Shown in pieces: positions 46,565 to 55,934 of a DNA stretch of 64,000 bases. The position numbers were made by a program, and so were the translations under genes. How positions within the stretch are numbered: the first letter of the stretch is position 1; each line of letters begins with the position of its first letter. The notes beneath the pieces were generated by a model, which was not told the DNA's origin, searched no databases, and was given only the letters and a program-made list of their open reading frames with translations. The stretch is taken from positions 1,041-65,040 of the forward strand of contig CALBPV010000005.1 of NCBI GenBank assembly GCA_937899265.1, in the 5' to 3' direction. Source of the DNA: an uncultured Bacteroidales bacterium. GTDB lineage: Bacteria > Bacteroidota > Bacteroidia > Bacteroidales > UBA3663.

Positions 46565-47788
46565 ATGGATCTGATTTCACGTTTTCTCGGTTATGTGAAG
46601 GCCAATACGCAGAGCGACGAGACCACAGGGGTAACTCCCAGCACGCCCGGTCAAATGACTTTCGCACTCCGGCTCAAAGAAGAGCTCGCGCAGCTTGGAC
46701 TTGAGGACATTTATCTCGATGACCACGCCTACCTTTATGCGACGCTGCCCGCCAACACGGACAAAACCGTGCCCACGATAGGCTTCATTTCCCATATTGA
46801 CACTTCGCCCGACATGAGCGGTGAGGGTGTCAATCCCCGTATTGTGGAGAAATATGACGGCAAAGACATTGTGCTCAATGCCGAGAAAAACATCGTACTC
46901 AAGACGGACGTGTATCCCGAGATTCTCAACCACAAAGGCGAGGACATCATCGTGACGGACGGCACCACGTTGCTCGGAGCCGACGACAAAGCCGGCATAG
47001 CCGAAATCATCACGGCCATGGAGTACCTCATGGCCCATTCGGAAATCAAACACGGCAAGATACGCATTGCTTTCAATCCGGATGAAGAAATCGGCCTGGG
47101 AGCTCATAAATTCGACGTGGAACGTTTCGGCTGTGACTTCGGCTACACCATGGACGGTGGCGAAGCGGGCGAATTGGAATATGAGAACTTCAATGCGGCT
47201 TCGGCCAAATTCGTCTTCCACGGAGTGAACGTCCATCCCGGTTCGGCCAAACACAAGATGGTGAACGCCAACCGTCAGGCACTGACGTTTGCCCAGATGC
47301 TGCCCCGTTGGGAAACACCCGAGCACACCGAAGGCTACGAAGGGTTCTACCACCTGACAGCCATGAACGGAACGGTCGAAGAAGCTACGCTCCACTATAT
47401 CGTACGCGACCACGACCGCGACCGCTTTGAGAGCCGCAAGGAGGAACTGGAACACCTGGTGCGCCTTATGAATGAACGCCATCCCGGCCTCATCACCTAC
47501 GAAATCAAAGACCAATATTACAACATGCTGGAGAAAATCGAACCCTGCATGCACATCATCGACTTGGCGAAAGAGGCCATGAAGGAAGCCGGCGTGACCC
47601 CCAAAGTACAGCCCATACGCGGCGGCACAGACGGAGCCCAGCTTTCGTTCAAGGGTCTGCCGTGTCCCAATATCTTTGCCGGCGGCATGAACATGCACGG
47701 ACGGTTCGAATATGTGCCGATTCCCTCTATGGAAAAAGCCATGATGACTGTTGTGAACATCTGCCGCCTGGCAGCAGAACAAGCCTGA
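46565..47788 (+). CDS. pepT: Peptidase T (tripeptide aminopeptidase, M20B).
   Basis: Motifs are '[14 protein letters not shown]', 'SHIDTSPD', '[11 protein letters not shown]' and 'PDEEIG'. It is 407 aa. Confidence 0.92.
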   Translation: MDLISRFLGYVKANTQSDETTGVTPSTPGQMTFALRLKEELAQLGLEDIYLDDHAYLYATLPANTDKTVPTIGFISHIDTSPDMSGEGVNPRIVEKYDGKDIVLNAEKNIVLKTDVYPEILNHKGEDIIVTDGTTLLGADDKAGIAEIITAMEYLMAHSEIKHGKIRIAFNPDEEIGLGAHKFDVERFGCDFGYTMDGGEAGELEYENFNAASAKFVFHGVNVHPGSAKHKMVNANRQALTFAQMLPRWETPEHTEGYEGFYHLTAMNGTVEEATLHYIVRDHDRDRFESRKEELEHLVRLMNERHPGLITYEIKDQYYNMLEKIEPCMHIIDLAKEAMKEAGVTPKVQPIRGGTDGAQLSFKGLPCPNIFAGGMNMHGRFEYVPIPSMEKAMMTVVNICRLAAEQA

Positions 47789-47801
47789 GACTGTCTTCTA
47801 C

Positions 47802-49049
47802 ATGCGTTACATCCTCTCCCCCTCGGTTTTGGCCACAGACTTCGCTGTGAGTCTCCCTGCTTCGAAAAGCATCAGCAACCGCGCCCTCATCCTTCGGGCA
47901 TTGTCCGGCAGTCCGGCTATCGGGCATCTCTCCGACAGCGACGACACGGCGGTACTGATACGTGCACTGCACGGCGACTTGCGGGGAACGATTGACATCG
48001 GTGCTGCCGGCACCTCAATGCGATTTCTGACGGCCTATTTGGCTTCCTTTCCGGGAGCCGACGTCACATTGACGGGGTCGGAACGCATGCTACAGCGTCC
48101 CATCGGCATCCTGGTCGATTCGCTTCGCAGGCTCGGAGCCGATATCGCATACCTCGGCGCTGAAGGATTTCCTCCGCTTCGCATTCGCGGAAAACGCCTT
48201 CGGGGAGGCAGCCAGACTATGGCCGGCAATGTTTCGTCACAGTTCATCTCGGCCCTGCTGATGGTAGCTCCAACGTTTGAAGAGGGGTTGGAACTTCACC
48301 TCTCGGGCAAAGTGACCTCCATACCCTACATTGAGATGACGCTCTCCATGATGAGTAGTTTCGGGGTGGAATCCCGTTGGGACCGCGCATCGCAAGTCAT
48401 CGTCATTCCCTCCGAAGCTGAATACAAAGCCTTGGAGCAAAGTTATGCAGTGGAATCCGATTGGAGCGGAGCGTCCTACTGGTACGAGATAGCGGCTCTC
48501 TCGGGCAGGACCGTCCAGCTTCTCAATCTCCCGGAAAAGAGTTTGCAAGGCGATGCCCGCATCCGCGACTATTTCCACGACCTTGGAGTGGTCACCGACT
48601 TCAGCGACAACGATGCCCGGTTGCGTCCGGATCCTGCACTCCGCAGAGAGAGCCTCTCGCTCGACCTCGCCTCCCAGCCGGACATGGCCCAAACCTTTGT
48701 GGCGACCTGCTGTGCGTTGGGCATTCGGTTCAACATCACAGGTCTCCATACCCTCCGTATCAAAGAGACCGACCGCATAGCAGCTCTTGAGACCGAGCTC
48801 CGCAAATTGGGCTACGTTGTCACCGACCGCGACAACGACATCATGAGCTGGGACGGCACACGCTGTCAACCGATGAAGCAACCGGTCATCGACACCTACA
48901 AAGACCACCGCATGGCCTTGGCGCTTGCCCCGTTGTGTCTGTGTTCAGCACAGCCGCTCGCCATTAACAATCCGGCAGTTGTCACCAAATCCTATCCCGA
49001 ATACTGGAATCATCTCCGGGCTTTCGGCATTAACATCCGTCAAGAATGA
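47802..49049 (+). CDS. aroA: 3-phosphoshikimate 1-carboxyvinyltransferase (EPSP synthase).
   Basis: Motifs are 'LPASKSISNRALIL', 'GAAGTSMRFL', 'LQRPIGILVDSL' and 'DHRMALA'. Confidence 0.92.
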   Translation: MRYILSPSVLATDFAVSLPASKSISNRALILRALSGSPAIGHLSDSDDTAVLIRALHGDLRGTIDIGAAGTSMRFLTAYLASFPGADVTLTGSERMLQRPIGILVDSLRRLGADIAYLGAEGFPPLRIRGKRLRGGSQTMAGNVSSQFISALLMVAPTFEEGLELHLSGKVTSIPYIEMTLSMMSSFGVESRWDRASQVIVIPSEAEYKALEQSYAVESDWSGASYWYEIAALSGRTVQLLNLPEKSLQGDARIRDYFHDLGVVTDFSDNDARLRPDPALRRESLSLDLASQPDMAQTFVATCCALGIRFNITGLHTLRIKETDRIAALETELRKLGYVVTDRDNDIMSWDGTRCQPMKQPVIDTYKDHRMALALAPLCLCSAQPLAINNPAVVTKSYPEYWNHLRAFGINIRQE

Positions 49050-49543
49050 ACGCATTTATACAAGGTCTGATTATTTTGGTGGGTGCCCTCGTCCTGTTGG
49101 GCGCTGTGGTGGGCATCACGGCCCTCTTTGGACACAAACGGTTCAAGCGCCGCGAAGCCAAAGGCATATTGGAGCCCGGCGAAACATCGCCTCTCGACAC
49201 GGTAAACGTCCCCGTGGAATGTTGCGGACAACACGCGACCTGCGAACGCGACTCTCTGCTGGCAGCCGTGTCGAAAGAAATCATTTACTACAGCGATGAG
49301 GAGTTGGACACCTATCAAGGCATTCCCTCCGACAAATATACTGACGAGCAGGCCGAAGAATTTGCCGACATCTTCTACGAACTGCGTGAGATTGAGGTTG
49401 CCGGTTGGGTCAGAAGTCTCCAACTGCGAGGCATCGAAATCCCCGACCAAATCAAGGACGAAGTTCTTTTGGTGGTTCGCGAACGACGTTTCGAGCCCGT
49501 CAGCAACGGTGTAGATCACTCCAACGACAAAGTCGCTTCCTGA
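49046..49543 (+). CDS. Small membrane-anchored protein with a CCGxHxxCE cysteine motif, function unknown.
   Basis: It has an N-terminal TM helix ('GLIILVGALVLLGAVVGITALF'), the motif 'ECCGQHATCERD' and an acidic C-terminal half. Its start overlaps the aroA stop (ATGA). Confidence 0.5.
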   Translation: MNAFIQGLIILVGALVLLGAVVGITALFGHKRFKRREAKGILEPGETSPLDTVNVPVECCGQHATCERDSLLAAVSKEIIYYSDEELDTYQGIPSDKYTDEQAEEFADIFYELREIEVAGWVRSLQLRGIEIPDQIKDEVLLVVRERRFEPVSNGVDHSNDKVAS

Positions 49544-49565
49544 AAATCTTGTTTTTCCCGCAAAA

Positions 49566-52500
49566 ATGTTGCTCGAATACCTTTTTTTCCGTCATGCGCT
49601 CCTCGGAGCATTGCTCGTCAGCTTGTGCTGCGGCATCATCGGCACCTACGTGGTGACGCGACGCCGTGTGTTCATTGCCGGCGGCATCACTCATGCTTCT
49701 TTGGGCGGTCTCGGCTTGGGCATCTTTGCGGGACTCAATCCGACATGGGTGGCTGTTGTCTTTGCCATTGTGGCGGCATGGGCGGTACAGTGGCTTTCGT
49801 CGCGCCGCAACATACGCGAGGATTCGGCCATTGCCGTATGCTGGTCGTTTGGCATGGCGCTGGGCATCATTTTCATATTCCTGACACCGGGGTATGCACC
49901 TTCGCTCACGGAATACCTTTTCGGCAACATCCTGACCATCACTGCGGGTGACCTGTGGACAATGGGCATTTTTACGGCCGTACTGCTGGCTTTCCAAATC
50001 ATCTGCCAACGCGCCATTCTCTATGTGGCCTTCGATGCGTCTTTTGCGCGTATCCAACGGTTCCGTTCGGGATTGGTTGATTATACGATGACTGCACTCA
50101 CCGCCGTGGCCATCGTGCTTTCCATCCGCATGATTGGCATCGTGCTTTTGCTGTCGGTGCTCACGCTGCCCCAAATGATGGCATCTCTTTTCTGCAACGA
50201 ATACCGCCGTCTTGTGATTCTTTCGAGTTTACTCTGTTTTGCAGGATGCGTCGGCGGTCTTTTGGTCTCTGTGGCGCTGAACGTTCCCGCAGGAGCCTGT
50301 ATCGTTGCCCTCATGGTAGTTGTCTATTTTGTAATGCGCGGAGTGCTGCATCTTGTGCGCCGTCGCAGCAGTGCCGCTGTGATTGTCATCATGGTGCTTT
50401 CGGCCCTGACGCTTTCCGGCTGCAAGTCCAACACGGCCCTCAATCGCGGCATGCGCGCTTTCACCACGAAATTCAATCCCTATTTCAACGGCGAAGAAGC
50501 CTATAAGAAAGGACTGATTACGATGGAATCCCGGCAAGATGACGAATATTCCGAACGCATCTTCCTCCATCCCGTCCACAAATATGTGGGACAGGAGCCG
50601 GGCTCTGACGCCAACTTCCAGCGTGCTGTCGAGAAATGCAAGATTTGCGTCCAGACCAAGAGCATGAATACTCCGCCCAAATCACGTCCGGACAATCCGT
50701 CGAAGGAATACCGAGAATGGTTGAAACATTCGGAGTTCAATCCCTTCCTCCACAATGCCTGGTTCCTGAGCGGGAAGGCTCAGTTCATGATGGGCAACTT
50801 CGATGCGGCCGAGGCCACTTTCCGCTATACAGCGCGCAAGTTCTATTGGAAGGAACTTCTTTTGCAGGAGTGCCACATTTGGCTGGCCCGCTGTGCCGTG
50901 ATGAAAAAAGACTACTATCAGGCCGAGGCGGAACTCGAACAGGTCATTCCTGCCAAGAACTACAGTTCACAAAACTCGCTTGGACAGAATGCAGTCTATA
51001 AAAACCTCCCTGCGAGAGTACAGAACGAGTTTTCTCTCGTCAAAGCCGAGATGTTGCTCCTGCAGCCTGGCAACGAAGCGGCTGTGCTCGACTACCTGAC
51101 CAAGGGACGGAAAGCCTTCCTGAGCAAGGATCAGCGTGTGAGGACACGGTTCTTCATGGCCCAGCTCCATGAAGAATTGTCCCATAGCGCAGCATCTTCT
51201 GCCGAACGGGAGGTTCATCGGAAACAGGCTTACAAGTTGTACAGGAACATCACCCACAGCGCCAGCAATTACAAGACGCAATTCAATGCCCGCATTGCAG
51301 CCACCCGCGTAATGCCGACCGACAATCTCGACAAGGTGGAGAAAAAACTGCGTCACCTCTCCTGGCAAGCCCGCAATAAAGAGTACCTCGACCAGATTTG
51401 CTATGCCCTCGGCAACGTCGAACTGGCCCGCAAGGACACGGCCAAAGCCGTCGAATGGTACGAACGTGCCGTAGAGAAGAGCACCCGCAACGGTCTCGAC
51501 AAAGCCGTGGCAGCCCTGCGTTTGGGAGAACTGACTTTCGAACAGGCCGACTATGTGCGGGCACAAAAGGGTTATTCTGCCGCCATGGGCATCATCAAAG
51601 ACACCTATCCGGGATACGATTCCATCCGGCATATCTCCCAAGTGCTCGATGCTTTGCAGACGCATGCCGAATCAGTCCACCTTCAGGACAGCCTGCTCAC
51701 GTTGGCGGCTCTGCCCGAAGATTCGCTCAACGAAGCCATCGACCGCATCATCAAAGAATTGACACGTCAGGAGAAGGAAGCCGAGGATGCTCAGAAAATG
51801 CAGGCCTACAACGACAAACAATCCTCCCGTGTGGATCCCCTTGCCCAAGTTGCGCCCAACATTCCGCAAGTCGGGACACAGGACAAATCGTGGTATTTCT
51901 ACAATCCGTCGGTCATCACGCGCGGCAAACAGGAGTTCCAGCGTCGTTGGGGTGCCCGCAAGCCTGAGGACGATTGGAGACGCAAGGACAAAACGGCCAG
52001 CCTATTGGCTGCTGCCGAGGAAATGCAGGACACCATTGTGGAAACTGCCGACAACATTTCTCCTGAAATCCCGGCAGACACACCTTCCGACATTTCGTCA
52101 GGGGACATTGCTCCCGCCGAAACGGCAGAAGCGGCTCCCGTCGATTCGGTCTTCCTCGAGAAGGCTCAGGATCCCCACAACCGCGAATACTATCTCGCAC
52201 AGCTGCCCTTCACGCCCGAACAGAAAGATGCCTGCCACGCCATCATCGAAGAAGGTCTCTATAACGAAGGCGTCATCATCAACGAACAGTTGGAGAACTT
52301 CCCGCTGGCCATCAAAACATTCACCGAGGTCGAGAACCGCTATCCCGAATCGGCCCGCCGCCTCGACATGTGGTATGCCATCTATCTGATGTACATGCGC
52401 ATGAATCAGCCCGAGAAGGCCGAAATCTACCGTCAGAAGCTGATGGAAGGCTTCCCCGAGGCAGCCTACACCAAAGCTGTGGCCGACCCGAACTACATCC

Positions 52501-53441
52501 AGAACCTCCGGGCAATGGCTGCCGGACAGGATTCGCTTTACATACGGACTTACGAAGACTACCTTGCCGGACATTCTCGGCAGGTGCACGAGGCATATTT
52601 CTGGGTACACGACAACTGGCCGCTCTCGAAGCTAATGCCCAAATTCATCTTCCTCCACGCTCTCTCCTATATACAGGAAGGTGACGTAAAGAGTTTCCAG
52701 GAAGCCCTCGAACAACTCACGGCCACTTATCCCGAGAGTGATGTTTCTCCGTTGGCCGGCATGATGGTCAAAGGCATCCACGAAGGACGCAACGTACAGA
52801 CCGGTTCCACCAACAGAGGCATGATGTGGGGCAGTTCACTCCATCGCGAGGGGGACAGCATTGCCGTAGATTCCTCCATGATGTTTGTCAACGACCTCAA
52901 GGCTCCCTTTGTCCTGCTTTTGGCCTATCCTACCGACTCGCTCAATCAGAACGACCTGCTCTTCGAAATTGCCAAATTCAACTTCGAGAGCTTCCTCGTG
53001 AAAGACTTCGACCTCGAAATCATAAATACGGGCGGCGGTCTCAGCGTGTTGGTCATCAGCCAGTTCGCCGACATCAACGAGCTCCTCGACTACCACAACA
53101 AGATGGATGTTTCCGAGACGCTCTGGTTGCCCGACAACATTACAATGATTGATATCTCGGTGCCCAACTTCCGTGCCCTCCTCGCCGGACGCACCTTCGA
53201 AGAATACTTCCAATGGGTAGAGAAGACATACGGTGGCGGAGAAGAAGGAGATTCCGAGAAATCAGACAACTCTGACAATTCCGAGAAATCAGACAATTCC
53301 GACAATTCCGACAATTCCGAGAAATCAGACAACTCCGACAACTCTGACAACTCCGACAATTCCGACAATTCCGACAACTCCGACAACTCCGAGAAATCAG
53401 ACAATTCTGACAACTCCGACAACTCCGACAACTCCTTTTAA
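49566..53441 (+). CDS. Single 1291-codon ORF. It joins an ABC-3 (ZnuB/MntB-type) metal-transporter permease (~aa 1-256) in frame to a PorW/SprE-like TPR lipoprotein (aa 257 to the end).
   Basis: The permease part carries 'VFIAGGITHASLGGLGLG' and multiple TM segments. No stop intervenes before 'MRGVLHLVRRRSSAAVIVIMVLSALTLSGC' (ATG 50334), a complete lipoprotein signal peptide. Then follow 'FTTKFNPYFNGEEAYKKG', many TPR-like helices and an SDN/SEK repeat tail. The PorW assignment comes from remembered family features and adjacency to porX. Confidence 0.7.
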   Translation: MLLEYLFFRHALLGALLVSLCCGIIGTYVVTRRRVFIAGGITHASLGGLGLGIFAGLNPTWVAVVFAIVAAWAVQWLSSRRNIREDSAIAVCWSFGMALGIIFIFLTPGYAPSLTEYLFGNILTITAGDLWTMGIFTAVLLAFQIICQRAILYVAFDASFARIQRFRSGLVDYTMTALTAVAIVLSIRMIGIVLLLSVLTLPQMMASLFCNEYRRLVILSSLLCFAGCVGGLLVSVALNVPAGACIVALMVVVYFVMRGVLHLVRRRSSAAVIVIMVLSALTLSGCKSNTALNRGMRAFTTKFNPYFNGEEAYKKGLITMESRQDDEYSERIFLHPVHKYVGQEPGSDANFQRAVEKCKICVQTKSMNTPPKSRPDNPSKEYREWLKHSEFNPFLHNAWFLSGKAQFMMGNFDAAEATFRYTARKFYWKELLLQECHIWLARCAVMKKDYYQAEAELEQVIPAKNYSSQNSLGQNAVYKNLPARVQNEFSLVKAEMLLLQPGNEAAVLDYLTKGRKAFLSKDQRVRTRFFMAQLHEELSHSAASSAEREVHRKQAYKLYRNITHSASNYKTQFNARIAATRVMPTDNLDKVEKKLRHLSWQARNKEYLDQICYALGNVELARKDTAKAVEWYERAVEKSTRNGLDKAVAALRLGELTFEQADYVRAQKGYSAAMGIIKDTYPGYDSIRHISQVLDALQTHAESVHLQDSLLTLAALPEDSLNEAIDRIIKELTRQEKEAEDAQKMQAYNDKQSSRVDPLAQVAPNIPQVGTQDKSWYFYNPSVITRGKQEFQRRWGARKPEDDWRRKDKTASLLAAAEEMQDTIVETADNISPEIPADTPSDISSGDIAPAETAEAAPVDSVFLEKAQDPHNREYYLAQLPFTPEQKDACHAIIEEGLYNEGVIINEQLENFPLAIKTFTEVENRYPESARRLDMWYAIYLMYMRMNQPEKAEIYRQKLMEGFPEAAYTKAVADPNYIQNLRAMAAGQDSLYIRTYEDYLAGHSRQVHEAYFWVHDNWPLSKLMPKFIFLHALSYIQEGDVKSFQEALEQLTATYPESDVSPLAGMMVKGIHEGRNVQTGSTNRGMMWGSSLHREGDSIAVDSSMMFVNDLKAPFVLLLAYPTDSLNQNDLLFEIAKFNFESFLVKDFDLEIINTGGGLSVLVISQFADINELLDYHNKMDVSETLWLPDNITMIDISVPNFRALLAGRTFEEYFQWVEKTYGGGEEGDSEKSDNSDNSEKSDNSDNSDNSEKSDNSDNSDNSDNSDNSDNSDNSEKSDNSDNSDNSDNSF
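53250..53435 (+). repeat. Coding 9-nt tandem repeat, ~20 units (TCC GAC AAY = SDN, with interspersed TCC GAG AAA = SEK).
   Basis: It reads directly as D-(SEK)(SDN)2(SEK)(SDN)3(SEK)(SDN)7(SEK)(SDN)4-SF-stop at the C-terminus of the PorW-like ORF. Confidence 0.95.
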
Positions 53442-53457
53442 ATAATACACGCGCGAT

Positions 53458-55011
53458 ATGAGCAATCCCAAGATACTGTGGGCCGACGATGAAATCGACC
53501 TCTTGAAACCCCACATCCTCTTCCTTTCCAACAAAGGATACGACATAACCCCCGTAACCAACGGTCAGGATGCCATTGATCAAGTCAAGTCCGAAACCTT
53601 CGACTTGGTCTTCCTCGACGAGAACATGCCCGGCCTCACGGGCCTCGAGGCCTTGACGCGCATCAAGGAACTCGACCCCTCACTCCCCGTCATCATGGTG
53701 ACCAAGAGCGAGGAGGAAGACATCATGGAGCAGGCCATCGGCAGCAAGATAGCCGACTACCTCATCAAGCCCGTCCTACCCACCCAAATGCTGATGTCCA
53801 TCAAGAAGAATCTGCACGCCCGCGAAATCACGCAGCAGCAGAACACTTCCGGCTACCAGCAGGAATTCGGCAAGCTGTCGATGCAAATCAATATGGCCCA
53901 GACCTTCGACGAGTGGGTCGAGATATATAAACGTCTCGTCTGGTGGGAGATAGAACTCTCGGCCAGCGATGCGAGCCTCGACAGCATGCTCCTGATGCAG
54001 AAAGAGGAAGCCAATGCGGCCTTTGCCAAGTTCGTACGCCGCAACTACGAGACCTGGATCAAGAGCAGCTATCCCGACCGCCCGCTCATGAGTCCCGACC
54101 TTTTCAAGACCCACATCTTTCCCGCCCTCGATGCCGGTGAGAAAGTTTTCCTCGTCGTCATCGACAATTTCCGTCTGGACCAGTGGCGCATACTCCAGCC
54201 CCTGCTGTCCGAATGGTTCACCGCCAAGGAGGAGGTCTATAGTGCCATCCTCCCCACAGCAACGCAATACGCGCGCAATGCCATCTTCTCGGGCCTCCTG
54301 CCCGACAAGATTGCCAAGATGTTTCCCGACCTCTGGGTCGATGAGGACGAAGAGGAAGGCAAGAACCTCAACGAAGCGCCCCTCATTCAGACACAGCTTG
54401 ACCGATATCGCAAGCACTATGACTTCTCTTACAACAAAGTGAACGAAAACAGCTACGGCGAACGTCTCGTGGGAAAACTCAAAGACCTCTCCCACAACGA
54501 CCTCAACGTCATAGTACTCAATTTCATCGACATGTTGAGCCATGCCCGCACAGAGTCCAAAACCGTACGCGAATTGGCTTCCGACGAGGCTGCCTATCGC
54601 GCTCTTACCAAGACCTGGCTCGAACACAGCGCCACACTCGACCTCTTCCGCCGCATAGCGGAAATGGGCTACAAAGTGGTGCTCACAACCGACCACGGCA
54701 CCGTGCGCGTCGAGAATCCCATCCGCGTTGTGGGTGACAAGAATGTCAATACCAACCTGCGCTACAAGTTGGGCAAGAATCTCAACTATCCGGCCAAACA
54801 GGTCTATGAAATCAAGAAACCCGAGGAGTTCGGTCTGCCCCGCCTTGACCTCTCCACGGCTTACATCTTCGCCACCGGCAAAGACTTTTTCGCCTACCCC
54901 AACAACTACAACGTCTATGTGCCCTATTATCGCGGCACCTTCCAGCACGGAGGCATCTCTATGGAAGAAATGCTCATCCCCCTCATCACGCTGGAACCCA
55001 AGAAAAGATAA
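53458..55011 (+). CDS. porX: T9SS response regulator PorX (CheY-like receiver plus PglZ/alkaline-phosphatase-superfamily domain).
   Basis: The receiver domain is 'ILWADDEIDLLKPHILFL...FLDENMPGLTGLE...VIMVTKSEEE..IGSKIADYLIKPV'. The C-terminal ~390 aa PglZ-like part contains 'VIDNFRLDQW' and 'TDHGT'. Length (517 aa) and architecture match PorX. Confidence 0.85.
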   Translation: MSNPKILWADDEIDLLKPHILFLSNKGYDITPVTNGQDAIDQVKSETFDLVFLDENMPGLTGLEALTRIKELDPSLPVIMVTKSEEEDIMEQAIGSKIADYLIKPVLPTQMLMSIKKNLHAREITQQQNTSGYQQEFGKLSMQINMAQTFDEWVEIYKRLVWWEIELSASDASLDSMLLMQKEEANAAFAKFVRRNYETWIKSSYPDRPLMSPDLFKTHIFPALDAGEKVFLVVIDNFRLDQWRILQPLLSEWFTAKEEVYSAILPTATQYARNAIFSGLLPDKIAKMFPDLWVDEDEEEGKNLNEAPLIQTQLDRYRKHYDFSYNKVNENSYGERLVGKLKDLSHNDLNVIVLNFIDMLSHARTESKTVRELASDEAAYRALTKTWLEHSATLDLFRRIAEMGYKVVLTTDHGTVRVENPIRVVGDKNVNTNLRYKLGKNLNYPAKQVYEIKKPEEFGLPRLDLSTAYIFATGKDFFAYPNNYNVYVPYYRGTFQHGGISMEEMLIPLITLEPKKR

Positions 55012-55039
55012 GTAATCAGAATGAAAACAAGATAATACA

Positions 55040-55876
55040 ATGGACATCTTTCCTCACCGCAGATTTGCTGCAAAATTCGCCTCCCCCGTGGAGGACAAAG
55101 AACACATCCTCCAAATAGCCATCGACATGGCTATGGAGGCCGGTCGCATCCAACTTCGCAAATTCCGCTCCCGTCACCTCGAAATGGAGACCAAAAGTTC
55201 CATCCACGATGTTGTGACCGAAGTCGATAAAGAATGTGAAGCCTTTCTCATCGCCCAGATTCACGAAGCCTATCCTACCCACTCGGTATTGGGCGAAGAA
55301 ACGGGACTCCATCAGAAGGAGAGCGATTGGGAATGGGTGATTGACCCCCTCGACGGTACGAACAACTACAGCCAGGGGCTTCCCGTCTTCAGCGTCAGCA
55401 TCGGCGTGAAGTACAAAGGCGAGACTCTGGTGGGCGTAGTCTATGCACCCTATCTCGACGAGCTCTTCACAGCCTCCAAGGACGGCGGTGCCGCCATGAA
55501 CGGCCGCGCCATCCACGTGAGCCGCAAGACAAACTTCGGGGCTTGTGTGCTGGGCACCGGCTTCCCCTACGACAAAGGCTCAGTGACGAGTTACGACAAC
55601 AACCTCGACAACGTGTGTGCCCTTCTGCCCAAGCTCCGCGGCCTTCGCCGCATGGGTTCTGCGGCATACGACCTTTGCTGTGTGGCCGCAGGCATCCTCG
55701 ATGGCTATTGGGAGTTGGGACTTAAGCCCTGGGATTTATGCGCCGGAGCCCTCATCGTCGAGGAAGCCGGTGGCAAGATTGTTCCTTTCCGTCAAGACCG
55801 CCCCATCGCCATCGTCGCAGGCAACCAAGCCCTTGTCAACCGGATTCTCTCCTTGCTCGGCAAAGACAAAGCCTGA
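55040..55876 (+). CDS. Inositol monophosphatase (SuhB/IMPase) family protein.
   Basis: Motifs are 'VLGEETG', 'WVIDPLDGTNNY' and 'GSAAYDLC'. Confidence 0.85.
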   Translation: MDIFPHRRFAAKFASPVEDKEHILQIAIDMAMEAGRIQLRKFRSRHLEMETKSSIHDVVTEVDKECEAFLIAQIHEAYPTHSVLGEETGLHQKESDWEWVIDPLDGTNNYSQGLPVFSVSIGVKYKGETLVGVVYAPYLDELFTASKDGGAAMNGRAIHVSRKTNFGACVLGTGFPYDKGSVTSYDNNLDNVCALLPKLRGLRRMGSAAYDLCCVAAGILDGYWELGLKPWDLCAGALIVEEAGGKIVPFRQDRPIAIVAGNQALVNRILSLLGKDKA

Positions 55877-55923
55877 AACTTGAAACTTGAAACTTGAAAC
55901 TTGAAACTTGAAACTTGAAACTT
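55875..55923 (+). repeat. Tandem heptamer array, 7 perfect copies of GAAACTT.
   Basis: Units start at 55875, 55882, 55889, 55896, 55903, 55910 and 55917. The IMPase stop TGA (55874-55876) overlaps the first unit. The array ends 11 nt before the trpS ATG. Confidence 0.97.
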
Positions 55924-55934
55924 AATTGACTCCT

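Noticed and set aside
50317-50336. TAATG at 50332-50336 as evidence that the permease simply ends at TAA in a frameshifted frame.
   Set aside because: The permease translation stays convincingly hydrophobic and TM-like in frame 0 right up to the ATG, and TAG/TAA lie in the +1 frame only. An indel cannot be demonstrated from this sequence alone, so the fusion is reported as a finding to verify rather than corrected.
53090-53431. 113-aa - strand ORF reading MSELSELSELSDFSEL...
   Set aside because: It is the reverse-complement translation of the SDN/SEK coding microsatellite in the PorW-like gene, not an independent gene.
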